From Vibrio phage Wyman, in sequence record OQ095915.1: 24,000 nt of DNA; one strand, given 5' to 3'. A program made the translations under genes and the position numbers. The notes under the pieces are model-generated. The model was not told the origin of the DNA, searched no databases, and saw only the letters and a list, made by a program, of their open reading frames with translations. Below are positions 1 through 6,132 of this stretch, one piece after another (the stretch's first letter is position 1; each line of letters begins with the position of its first letter).

Positions 1-75
1 GTCGGTACACAAAGCAGTAATCGTCGGGGGTGACAAAGTTCACTACTTCTTCAACCACGAATTGGACATTTAAAA

Positions 76-335
76 TGACAGAACGAGTTGTAGCAACCGG
101 CTTTGAGAAATTCTTTGTAAAAGCATGGAAAGACTGGGACGGTGATCAATCTTTCCTAGCATTTTACGACTGCGAATTAGATCCTATTTTTGCTGTAATA
201 GTAGGTTCTAAAACTGCTGATGTAGTAGAAATCAGTATGGAAGATTGTGAAGTACGTCTGTACCATAATGGTGACGACGGCGTCCCATTCTTTAAACAAC
301 CCTATAAAATCACGTTGGTAGAGCCAACTAATTAA
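76..335 (+). CDS. Hypothetical small phage protein; start uncertain (30 in the track, 76 plausible)
   Basis: Open frame ending in TAA at 333-335; internal in-frame ATG at 76 begins MTERVVATGFEKF. No recognisable family. Confidence 0.6.
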
Positions 336-348
336 GTTAAAACTTGAA

Positions 349-377
349 TTGCTAAAACATCAAAAACTTTATATAAT
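349..377 (+). promoter_or_regulatory. Sigma70-like promoter (TTGCTA-N17-TATAAT)
   Basis: ttgcta 349-354, tataat 372-377, 17-nt spacer, followed by an ORF. Same architecture recurs in the window. Confidence 0.85.
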
Positions 378-415
378 ATTCCCATAGTTTGAAAACAAAG
401 AAAGGAAAAATCAAT

Positions 416-691
416 ATGACTGAACAAAAAGTAACTCTAAAACCTGTAGCTGGTGACTCTCTTCTAATCGGTAAATACCAGTCTGGTGTAGACCGTAAGG
501 GTAAACCTGTGTTCCGTTCAATGCCAAAAGGCAAAGAACCTTCTACTATCGTGGAAGCGGTCTACGAAGACGGTCGTGTTCGCTCTAAAGAAGGCGACGT
601 GTACGCAGTACGTCTGAACAAACGTCCAACGGTCATTAAGACCAAGCATGGTAAGAAAGCTCTTCCTGCTCAATGGATTACCGTAGCGTAA
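416..691 (+). CDS. Hypothetical small protein
   Basis: In-frame ATG at 416 (MTEQKVTLKPVAGDSLLIGKYQS) behind a GGAAAAA-type leader; track ORF 389..691. Confidence 0.7.
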   Translation: MTEQKVTLKPVAGDSLLIGKYQSGVDRKGKPVFRSMPKGKEPSTIVEAVYEDGRVRSKEGDVYAVRLNKRPTVIKTKHGKKALPAQWITVA

Positions 692-858
692 TGGCTAAGG
701 TACTTGTTGATGAGTCCGTATTGTGGGGACTCATTAACTCCGACTTACTACTTCAACACCTAGAATCGGAAGGTGTTGATAACTGGTCTGGGTACTATCA
801 TCCTGAAGACCTAGATGAACAAACTAACAAATTATTGAAGGAAATCAAACATGGCTAA
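673..858 (+). CDS. Hypothetical small acidic protein
   Basis: ORF starts within the end of the preceding ORF and overlaps the next; compact phage-style arrangement. Confidence 0.6.
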   Translation: MDYRSVMAKVLVDESVLWGLINSDLLLQHLESEGVDNWSGYYHPEDLDEQTNKLLKEIKHG

Positions 859-1099
859 GAAACCTGCAAAAACAGTAAACACAGCAACAACTGAACGCAA
901 CAAAGCACGTCGTCTAGCACGCCACGTAAAAGCACATCCTAACGATGCGCAGTCTGCTGCACGTGTAGGTAAACCACGTTCAGTACGCAAAGCACCTTTT
1001 GTTAAGGGTAGCTTTCGCAAGGTTAACAAAGCATACCGCGATGAAGCGGGTCACGTATTGGAAGCACCTCGCTTTGCTCCGGTCGCTAAACAAGCTTAA
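851..1099 (+). CDS. Hypothetical Lys/Arg-rich small protein
   Basis: MAKKPAKTVNTATTERNKARRLARHVKAHPNDA...; highly basic, overlaps the upstream ORF end. Confidence 0.65.
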   Translation: MAKKPAKTVNTATTERNKARRLARHVKAHPNDAQSAARVGKPRSVRKAPFVKGSFRKVNKAYRDEAGHVLEAPRFAPVAKQA

Positions 1100-1108
1100 C
1101 AAAATGAA

Positions 1109-1131
1109 AGGGGTTGGGTAATCCAGCCCCT
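1109..1131 (+). promoter_or_regulatory. Hairpin directly upstream of the ribosome-binding site of the next gene
   Basis: aggggttgg (1109-1117) / ccagcccct (1123-1131), 9 bp with one G-U, 5-nt loop; no T-tract; SD aaggag follows. Confidence 0.5.
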
Positions 1132-1147
1132 CATTAAGGAGAAAGAA

Positions 1148-2134
1148 ATGAATAACTTCGTAGCAAAACATTGCCGAACATTTAACAAGGCAACTGTCCA
1201 ACGCGACAGAACTAAGTATCATCGTCCTAGCTCTCGTAGCTTAATGGATGAGTGGTTTGAAGATGAAAATGACGGGTTCGAGCACCCAGGAATGGTCGAG
1301 CCAAAGGAGCTTGAGACTCCTTCTATAAGCGATAACGTTTATAAAAGAAGTTTCACTAACAAACAGGAGATAAATATGCCAGAGAACGCAATTGGTATAG
1401 CTTGCCCACATGCAGTAGGTGAGCCAGGTGTAGACGCTAAACAGTGTGTACTAAACCACCAACTCTATGGTAATGTAAATCAAGAGCTAATGGAGTTAAG
1501 TCCAGTAACTCACTACCATCTAAACTGGGTATTTGACCTAGAAACATACGCAACTTGTCAAAACGCTATCGTGCCTGAAATTTCAGCAGTAGCATTCGAC
1601 ATTCTTTCTGGTGAAGTATTTCACGAGATTACGTTGCACATTGATGTAGATTCTCAAGTTGCTCTCGGGCGCGTAGTTTCAGCTTCTACGCTATCATTTT
1701 GGCTAATGCAGTCAGAAGAAGCACGCCGTAAGATGTTGCTTGCCGACCCAGATTACTGTCGTAAGTGTGGTATTGAACTACCAATGCCTATCTGCGGAGC
1801 AATGGGTAAACTACGTCAAGAAATTATTGATGTATCAGCTAAGTGGGCAGAACAAACTGGCTTTAGCAAAGAACCTCTAGTATGGGGTAATGGTATTACC
1901 TTTGATTTAGGTAAAACTATCTCGTTGTTCGAAACAGCTCAAGTTCCATTGCCTTGGCAATTCTGGGCAGAGCGTGATGCTCGTACAATCATGGACTTAG
2001 CTCCAGAGATTAAGAAACAATTTAGTCTAGACTTCCGTGGTGTACCTCATTATGGTCTTGACGACTGTAAGCACGAGCTACGTTACTTGTCTGCTACATA
2101 CATCAAAATCTGGGAAATGAGCAAAGAAAAGTAA
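1148..2134 (+). CDS. 3'-5' exonuclease-like protein (DEDD superfamily, Rv2179c/DexA-like)
   Basis: Motifs WVFDLETYATC, EISAVAFDILSG, LVWGNGITFDL and HYGLDDCKHELRYL resemble the Exo I/II/III acidic motifs of DEDDh exonucleases. Alternative in-frame start at 1376 with strong SD. Confidence 0.65.
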   Translation: MNNFVAKHCRTFNKATVQRDRTKYHRPSSRSLMDEWFEDENDGFEHPGMVEPKELETPSISDNVYKRSFTNKQEINMPENAIGIACPHAVGEPGVDAKQCVLNHQLYGNVNQELMELSPVTHYHLNWVFDLETYATCQNAIVPEISAVAFDILSGEVFHEITLHIDVDSQVALGRVVSASTLSFWLMQSEEARRKMLLADPDYCRKCGIELPMPICGAMGKLRQEIIDVSAKWAEQTGFSKEPLVWGNGITFDLGKTISLFETAQVPLPWQFWAERDARTIMDLAPEIKKQFSLDFRGVPHYGLDDCKHELRYLSATYIKIWEMSKEK

Positions 2135-2142
2135 AAACTTAA

Positions 2143-2171
2143 TTGCTTAAACATCAAAAACTTTATATAAT
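2143..2171 (+). promoter_or_regulatory. Sigma70-like promoter (TTGCTT-N17-TATAAT)
   Basis: ttgctt 2143-2148, tataat 2166-2171, 17-nt spacer. Confidence 0.85.
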
Positions 2172-2209
2172 ATATTCCTAAACTGAGAAAACAAAAGAAG
2201 GAAATCAAA

Positions 2210-2404
2210 ATGGCTAAACGTTCTAAAATGATTGGTATTAAAATGGCTGACCGTACTCGTAAAATGGCAGGTGAATACGGCATTGAAATTCTTGAGCAAC
2301 GTCGCTCTGGTCTGGCTAAAGTCCTAGGCTTGCTTGCTCGTGGTACTCGCGTCTCCAATCATCCTCGCGCTGTTGAATACACTGCGGCTCAATTCGGTCT
2401 TTAA
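2210..2404 (+). CDS. Hypothetical basic small protein
   Basis: MAKRSKMIGIKMADRTRKMAGEYG...; SD aaggaaat before the ATG, promoter just upstream. Confidence 0.65.
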   Translation: MAKRSKMIGIKMADRTRKMAGEYGIEILEQRRSGLAKVLGLLARGTRVSNHPRAVEYTAAQFGL

Positions 2405-2453
2405 TTAGACCGTCTTAAAACTTTCTCATTAACTAATTATAAGGATACCAAAT

Positions 2454-2690
2454 ATGAATGGTAAAATGGCAAAAAATCTTCGTCGCATTGCACATGGTCT
2501 TACTGTTGTGGATTCTAACGAACTTGTAGATGTACATGGCACTAAGCGTGTTCGTACTGCACCAAACGGTACTAAAGTAGCTACCAGAACTCAAGCACAC
2601 GCTAAAGGTAGTTACCGTAACGTATTGAAACAAGTCAAGTCCGGTCGTGTACATCCATTTGACCCTAGTGAAAACGCTCACGTAGCTTAA
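2454..2690 (+). CDS. Hypothetical basic small protein
   Basis: MNGKMAKNLRRIAHGLTVVDSNELVDVHGTKRVR...; phage-like spacing and SD aagga upstream. Confidence 0.65.
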   Translation: MNGKMAKNLRRIAHGLTVVDSNELVDVHGTKRVRTAPNGTKVATRTQAHAKGSYRNVLKQVKSGRVHPFDPSENAHVA

Positions 2691-2823
2691 TAATTATGCA
2701 GAGAGCATAAAAATTAAAAATATACTTGCTCTCTGCTAAAACCTTTGTTATAATGGTTATCTAAATTAAAGAAAACCTCTTCATCAAATTTGAAAGCATT
2801 TGGTAATTAAATTAAAAAATGTC

Positions 2824-2852
2824 TTGCTAAGTGCTTTGAAACTTGATATAAT
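2824..2852 (+). promoter_or_regulatory. Sigma70-like promoter (TTGCTA-N17-TATAAT)
   Basis: ttgcta 2824-2829, tataat 2847-2852. Confidence 0.85.
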
Positions 2853-2882
2853 AGTTCCATAAATTGATAAGGAATTGAAGAT

Positions 2883-3038
2883 ATGAAAAAACGTGGTAAA
2901 ATTCAAAAGATTGCAATGTTCGCTCTTGGTTACGGTTCTAGTATCCCTCTAGCGAGTAAGAAATCTGGTTTAGGTTTACGTCGTACTAAGACTCTAGCTA
3001 AACATATTGCCGAAAACGGTTTTCGTATTCGAGACTAA
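2883..3038 (+). CDS. Small basic protein (51 aa), not in ORF track
   Basis: ATG at 2883 after SD aaggaattg; MKKRGKIQKIAMFALGYGSSIPLASKKSGLGLRRTKTLAKHIAENGFRIRD; stop TAA 3036-3038; promoter directly upstream. Confidence 0.65.
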   Translation: MKKRGKIQKIAMFALGYGSSIPLASKKSGLGLRRTKTLAKHIAENGFRIRD

Positions 3039-3043
3039 ATAAT

Positions 3044-3120
3044 TGCGAGGATGGAGAAATGGCGTCTTGCGAGTTTCATAAGCTCGATAACGTGGGGTTC
3101 GAATCCTCACCTCGCAACCA
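3044..3120 (+). tRNA. tRNA with CAT anticodon (Met or lysidine-Ile)
   Basis: Acceptor tgcgagg/cctcgca, anticodon arm cgagt-ttCATaa-gctcg, T-arm tgggg-ttcgaat-cctca, encoded CCA. D-arm weak, A at position 8. Confidence 0.8.
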
Positions 3121-3126
3121 AATCAT

Positions 3127-3203
3127 GCGCGTGTAGCTCAGTTGGTTAGAGCATCTGACTTTTAATCAGGTGGTCGAAGGTTCGAGTCCTTCTACGCGCA
3201 CCA
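3127..3203 (+). tRNA. tRNA-Lys(TTT)
   Basis: Acceptor gcgcgtg/tacgcgc, anticodon loop ctTTTaa, T-loop ttcgagt, CCA. Confidence 0.95.
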
Positions 3204-3209
3204 TACAAT

Positions 3210-3286
3210 TCTCGGGCAGACCATCTGGTTGAGTCACTACCCTTTCAAGGTAGGATTAGCGGGTTCAATTCCCGTCCCGAGAACCA
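3210..3286 (+). tRNA. tRNA-Glu(TTC)
   Basis: Acceptor tctcggg/cccgaga, anticodon arm ctacc-ctTTCaa-ggtag, T-loop ttcaatt, CCA. Position 8 is C rather than U. Confidence 0.93.
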
Positions 3287-3292
3287 AATTAC

Positions 3293-3369
3293 GGGGGATT
3301 AGCTCAGTTGGGATGAGCACCTGCTTTGCACGCAGGGGGTCACGAGTTCGAGTCTCGTATCCTCCACCA
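3293..3369 (+). tRNA. tRNA-Ala(TGC)
   Basis: Acceptor gggggat/atcctcc with G3:U70 pair, anticodon arm cctgc-ttTGCac-gcagg, CCA. Confidence 0.95.
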
Positions 3370-3375
3370 AATTCT

Positions 3376-3452
3376 AGAGGCTTGGCTGAGTTGGCTATAG
3401 CGACTCCTTCATGCGGAGTAAGACGGGGGTTCGAGTCCCTCAGCCTCTACCA
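3376..3452 (+). tRNA. tRNA with CAT anticodon (Met-like)
   Basis: Acceptor agaggct/agcctct, anticodon arm actcc-ttCATgc-ggagt, T-loop ttcgagt, CCA. Confidence 0.88.
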
Positions 3453-3460
3453 AGAATAAT

Positions 3461-3550
3461 GGTTGAATGCGACGAATTGGTAAGTCAGCGGATTGTAAAT
3501 CCGTAGTCACCGAAAGGGGCATCTAGGTTCAAGTCCTAGTTCAACCACCA
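3461..3550 (+). tRNA. tRNA-Tyr(GTA)
   Basis: Acceptor ggttgaa/ttcaacc, anticodon loop ttGTAaa, long variable arm, CCA. Confidence 0.95.
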
Positions 3551-3556
3551 AATTTA

Positions 3557-3632
3557 GGGGAATTAACTCAGTGGTCAGAGTGGCTGCCTGTTAAGCAGCT
3601 GGTCGATGGTTCAAGTCCATCATTCCCCGCCA
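3557..3632 (+). tRNA. tRNA-Asn(GTT)
   Basis: Acceptor ggggaat/attcccc, anticodon loop ctGTTaa, G73, CCA. Confidence 0.95.
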
Positions 3633-3637
3633 ATTAT

Positions 3638-3712
3638 GGTCTATTAGTATAGTGGTTATTATACGCCCCTGTCACGGGCATGACACGAGTTCGATTCTCG
3701 TATAGACCGCCA
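3638..3712 (+). tRNA. tRNA-Asp(GTC)
   Basis: Acceptor ggtctat/atagacc, anticodon loop ctGTCac, G73, CCA. Confidence 0.95.
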
Positions 3713-3719
3713 AAATAAA

Positions 3720-3794
3720 CGGAATATGGTGTAATGTGTAGCACGGCTGCTTTGGGAGCAGGCGGAGAAAGTTCGATTCTTTCTATTCCGACCA
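3720..3794 (+). tRNA. tRNA-Pro(TGG)
   Basis: Acceptor cggaata/tattccg (C1-G72), anticodon loop ttTGGga, T-loop ttcgatt, CCA. Confidence 0.9.
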
Positions 3795-4122
3795 AATGAG
3801 GAAACAGTATCCTTGCTCAAATGGGTACTCACTGAGGGACGAGCAATCCCAATATGTGCAGGCTGTCTAGCATATGCAGCTTTCGGTTGAAGTCACATGT
3901 TTAGTAATGCAAACCCATTAGCTACGGCTTGGGAGCTTGCCACTTACTCGGTTAAGTCCAAGAACCCCTGTGGAATATGTAGGAGTGACCAGTGTGGGAA
4001 CTGGCTCGTGGTTAGTATCTAAAGCCTCGCTCCCAAAAGAGTTATCTTTTGACTGCTAGCAAGTCCATAGCTATAGACTGTTGCAAAAGGCCGCAACAGG
4101 GCAGTACAAAAGATAATTTAAT
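3795..4122 (+). other. Unassigned, apparently structured non-coding segment inside the tRNA array
   Basis: No + strand ORF. Complementary segments ttgggagc 3929-3936 / gctcccaa 4029-4036, ccagt 3989-3993 / actgg 4000-4004, and a nested fold at 4042-4116. Confidence 0.45.
4042..4116 (+). ncRNA. Candidate compact structured RNA (about 75 nt)
   Basis: ttatctttt 4042-4050 / aaaagataa 4108-4116 (9 bp), actgc 4052-4056 / gcagt 4101-4105, ctgttgc 4078-4084 / gcaacag 4093-4099 (7 bp, 8-nt loop). Confidence 0.45.
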
Positions 4123-4207
4123 GCAGAAGTGGTGAAATTGGCAGCCACGCTAGATTTAGGTTCTAGTGCCTTCGGGCGTGAGGGTTCGAGTCCCTCCTTC
4201 TGTACCA
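4123..4207 (+). tRNA. tRNA-Leu(TAG)
   Basis: Acceptor gcagaag/cttctgt, anticodon loop ttTAGgt, long variable arm, CCA. Confidence 0.95.
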
Positions 4208-4213
4208 AACAAT

Positions 4214-4310
4214 GGATAGGTAAGCCGAAAGATTCTGGGTAACGGCAACGGTCTTGAAAACCGTCAGTCACTGAACGGGCGTGTGGGTTCGAATCCCACT
4301 CTATCCGCCA
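4214..4310 (+). tRNA. tRNA-Ser(TGA)
   Basis: Acceptor ggatagg/tctatcc, anticodon arm acggt-ctTGAaa-accgt, long variable arm, G73, CCA. Confidence 0.93.
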
Positions 4311-4317
4311 AATTAAT

Positions 4318-4404
4318 GCGTACTGAAGACTGAGTGGTCGGTCAGCAGCCTTCCAAGCTGTCGCTCCGAAAGGGGCTGGGGTTCGACTCCCCCTGTACGC
4401 TCCA
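4318..4404 (+). tRNA. tRNA with TCC anticodon (Gly by anticodon and U73) but a long, class II variable arm
   Basis: Acceptor gcgtact/tgtacgc, anticodon arm gcagc-ctTCCaa-gctgt, variable hairpin gctcc-gaaa-ggggc, T-loop ttcgact, T73, CCA. Confidence 0.85.
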
Positions 4405-4490
4405 ACTTTAGGAACTAGACAAAGATACTGACATCTCTAGTTCGACGCTGAAAAAATTGCCCGTCAGACGAATATAAATTAAAAACGTAA

Positions 4491-4519
4491 TTGCTAAACA
4501 TCGCATTTTAACGTATAAT
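4491..4519 (+). promoter_or_regulatory. Sigma70-like promoter with conserved leader
   Basis: ttgcta 4491-4496, tataat 4514-4519; followed by agttacataaagttgagaaacggagattgtta, repeated near 10985. Confidence 0.88.
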
Positions 4520-4550
4520 AGTTACATAAAGTTGAGAAACGGAGATTGTT

Positions 4551-4808
4551 ATGCAAAAGCGTATGGATTGGTACGGTACTGAGGCTCTTGTTAGACTAGT
4601 AAGTTCCAAAATAAATGTCCCAATGCTGCAACCATTACCCGTATACCGAGTAAAGAAGGATAAAATATCTTGGAAAGTATACGGTCGCTTGAATAACGAA
4701 AAGGTTTTATTCACTGGAATACTAGACAGACATAGCTGGTTAGAAAAACGCAAATCTCTAATCAGATACCATAAGGACTACTATCCTAGTGGTTTTTACG
4801 ATTTTTAA
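4551..4808 (+). CDS. Hypothetical protein
   Basis: ORF with SD ggaga and upstream promoter; no recognised domain. Confidence 0.75.
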   Translation: MQKRMDWYGTEALVRLVSSKINVPMLQPLPVYRVKKDKISWKVYGRLNNEKVLFTGILDRHSWLEKRKSLIRYHKDYYPSGFYDF

Positions 4809-4885
4809 GCTTCCTTAGCTCCAATTGGCAGAGCATCTGTTTTGTACTCAGAGGGTTGTCCGTTCGAATCGGACAGGGAGCACCA
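4809..4885 (+). tRNA. tRNA-Thr(TGT)
   Basis: Acceptor gcttcct/agggagc, anticodon loop ttTGTac (U31-U39 mismatch), T-loop ttcgaat, CCA. Confidence 0.9.
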
Positions 4886-5043
4886 TACAACGTTATATAG
4901 TTACTACTCCATAGTGCCGCTCTACGATGCCAGAGAATAGGACTGTTGTACTGCGATAATGTTAAGCAGTTAAAAGAAGATGCATGAGTGACACCTACTG
5001 TGAGTGGTGTGACCTTACCACTAGGAGAGTTGAAGTGGATAAT

Positions 5044-5119
5044 AGCGAGGTAGTTTAATTGGTAAAACATCGGACTTTGACTCCGACGTCGGTGGGTTCA
5101 AATCCCCCTCTCGCCACCA
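5044..5119 (+). tRNA. tRNA-Gln(TTG)
   Basis: Anticodon arm tcgga-ctTTGac-tccga, T-loop ttcaaat, CCA; 1-72 is an A-C mismatch. Confidence 0.9.
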
Positions 5120-5120
5120 T

Positions 5121-5196
5121 ATTCTCTTAGCTCAGTGTGTAGAGCACCTCCCTTGCAAGGAGGGGGTCGTTGGTTCGAATCCAACAGGGAGTACCA
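5121..5196 (+). tRNA. tRNA with TGC anticodon lacking G3:U70 (Ala by anticodon; Val/Thr-like body)
   Basis: Acceptor attctct/agggagt (pair 3-70 is U-A), anticodon arm cctcc-ctTGCaa-ggagg, T-loop ttcgaat, CCA. Confidence 0.85.
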
Positions 5197-5282
5197 TCTC
5201 TAAATATCTTGTCCTAGCAACGCGAATCCAATGGATGGGCAGGATGTTTACAAATGGTAACACAATAACAAAGGATGAAGAT

Positions 5283-5687
5283 ATGCAACTTGATGAAATG
5301 AAAGCAAAATTGCTAGAAGTACGCAAAGCTCGTAACGCGGTAGGTAAAGCAGCAATGCAATCACTTATCACTGACTTTGACAAGCAAGCACGTACTGGTA
5401 AAGAAGTTGACGGTATGGCTCTTATCAAGAAATATGTAGCTAACGCCAAAGATAACATGCGCCTAGAAAAAGACCGTGGCAACACCGCAGGTTACGAAGC
5501 TTACCGCGCAGAAGTAGATTTCCTAGAAACTCTATTGCCAAAGCAGCTAACCGAAGCAGAACTTCGTGAAGTAATCGAAGGTGGCTGTTTCAATAACATT
5601 GGTCAAGTAATGAAGCACTTGCGTGAACATTACCAAGGTCAATACGATGGTGGTCTAGCGTCTAAAATTGCTCGTGAGGTTGTATGA
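5283..5687 (+). CDS. GatB/YqeY-domain-like protein
   Basis: C-terminal pattern AGYEAYRAEVDFLETLLPKQLTEAELREVI...IGQVMKHLREHYQGQYDGGLASKIAREVV matches the YqeY-type layout. Probable start is the ATG at 5283 after aaggatg; track starts at 5235. Confidence 0.65.
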   Translation: MQLDEMKAKLLEVRKARNAVGKAAMQSLITDFDKQARTGKEVDGMALIKKYVANAKDNMRLEKDRGNTAGYEAYRAEVDFLETLLPKQLTEAELREVIEGGCFNNIGQVMKHLREHYQGQYDGGLASKIAREVV

Positions 5688-5914
5688 ACCCAGCAGAAGT
5701 AAAAGCTAAACTAGACATTCTTGATGGTGAGCTTAAAGACCTCACCATCAAAGCAAAAGTTCTAGCAGATAAGAAACGTGAGTGTGAGAACGAGAAAGCC
5801 CGCTTGCGAGTAATTCAACAATCTGCTTGCGACCATCCAAGAGAAGCACGTAGTTCAGTTATGGTAAATAACGAGCCAGAATACTTCTGTACATTGTGTG
5901 GAAAAGATTTTTAG
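5684..5914 (+). CDS. Hypothetical coiled-coil protein with C-terminal zinc-ribbon-like CxxC
   Basis: ATGA overlap with upstream gene; charged helical N-terminus then CDHPREA...YFCTLCGKDF. Confidence 0.75.
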   Translation: MNPAEVKAKLDILDGELKDLTIKAKVLADKKRECENEKARLRVIQQSACDHPREARSSVMVNNEPEYFCTLCGKDF

Positions 5915-5984
5915 GGCTGAGCCAGTGGTGGCGAAGAGGATTCCAAACCCTCCTACGTAGGTTCGACTCCTACCAGTTCTGCCA
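5913..5984 (+). tRNA. tRNA-Trp(CCA), short D-arm
   Basis: Acceptor agggctg/cagttct, anticodon arm gagga-ttCCAaa-ccctc (A31-C39 mismatch), T-arm gtagg-ttcgact-cctac, G73, CCA. Confidence 0.78.
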
Positions 5985-6002
5985 AATTTATTAAAAATGC
6001 GT

Positions 6003-6031
6003 TTGCAAAACACATATTAACTTGCTATAAT
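6003..6031 (+). promoter_or_regulatory. Sigma70-like promoter (TTGCAA-N17-TATAAT)
   Basis: ttgcaa 6003-6008, tataat 6026-6031, upstream of two tRNAs and the flotillin-like gene. Confidence 0.82.
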
Positions 6032-6051
6032 ATACGCATAAATTAAGAAGT

Positions 6052-6127
6052 ACTTCCGTAGCTCAGTTGGTAGAGCAAACGACCGATAATCGTTAGGTCA
6101 CTGGTTCGAGTCCAGTCGGGAGTACCA
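6052..6127 (+). tRNA. tRNA-Ile(GAT), with C at position 33
   Basis: Acceptor acttccg/cgggagt, anticodon arm aacga-ccGATaa-tcgtt, T-loop ttcgagt, CCA. Confidence 0.88.
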
Positions 6128-6132
6128 ATTTT

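Noticed and set aside
3229-3459. Track ORF + (MSHYPFKVGLAGSIPVPRTKLRG...)
   Set aside because: Lies entirely over the Glu, Ala and Met(CAT) tRNA genes; a read-through artefact of tRNA sequence.
3795-4122. Possible group I intron, tmRNA or RNase P RNA
   Set aside because: I could not see the conserved core motifs of any of these and the flanking tRNAs are each complete, so kept only as unassigned structured RNA.
4071-4271. Track ORF - strand
   Set aside because: Antisense to the structured element and to tRNA-Leu/tRNA-Ser; no supporting signals.
4786-5070. Track ORF - strand (94 aa)
   Set aside because: Antisense to tRNA-Thr, the spacer and tRNA-Gln; sequence derives from tRNA complements.
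3044-5196. Host tRNA operon or chromosomal integron instead of phage
   Set aside because: No rRNA, integrase or attC-like elements seen; flanked by spanins, dNMP kinase, fibres and many tiny phage-style genes.
5132-5485. Track ORF - strand (117 aa)
   Set aside because: Antisense to a tRNA and the YqeY-like gene; all credible genes in the window are on +.
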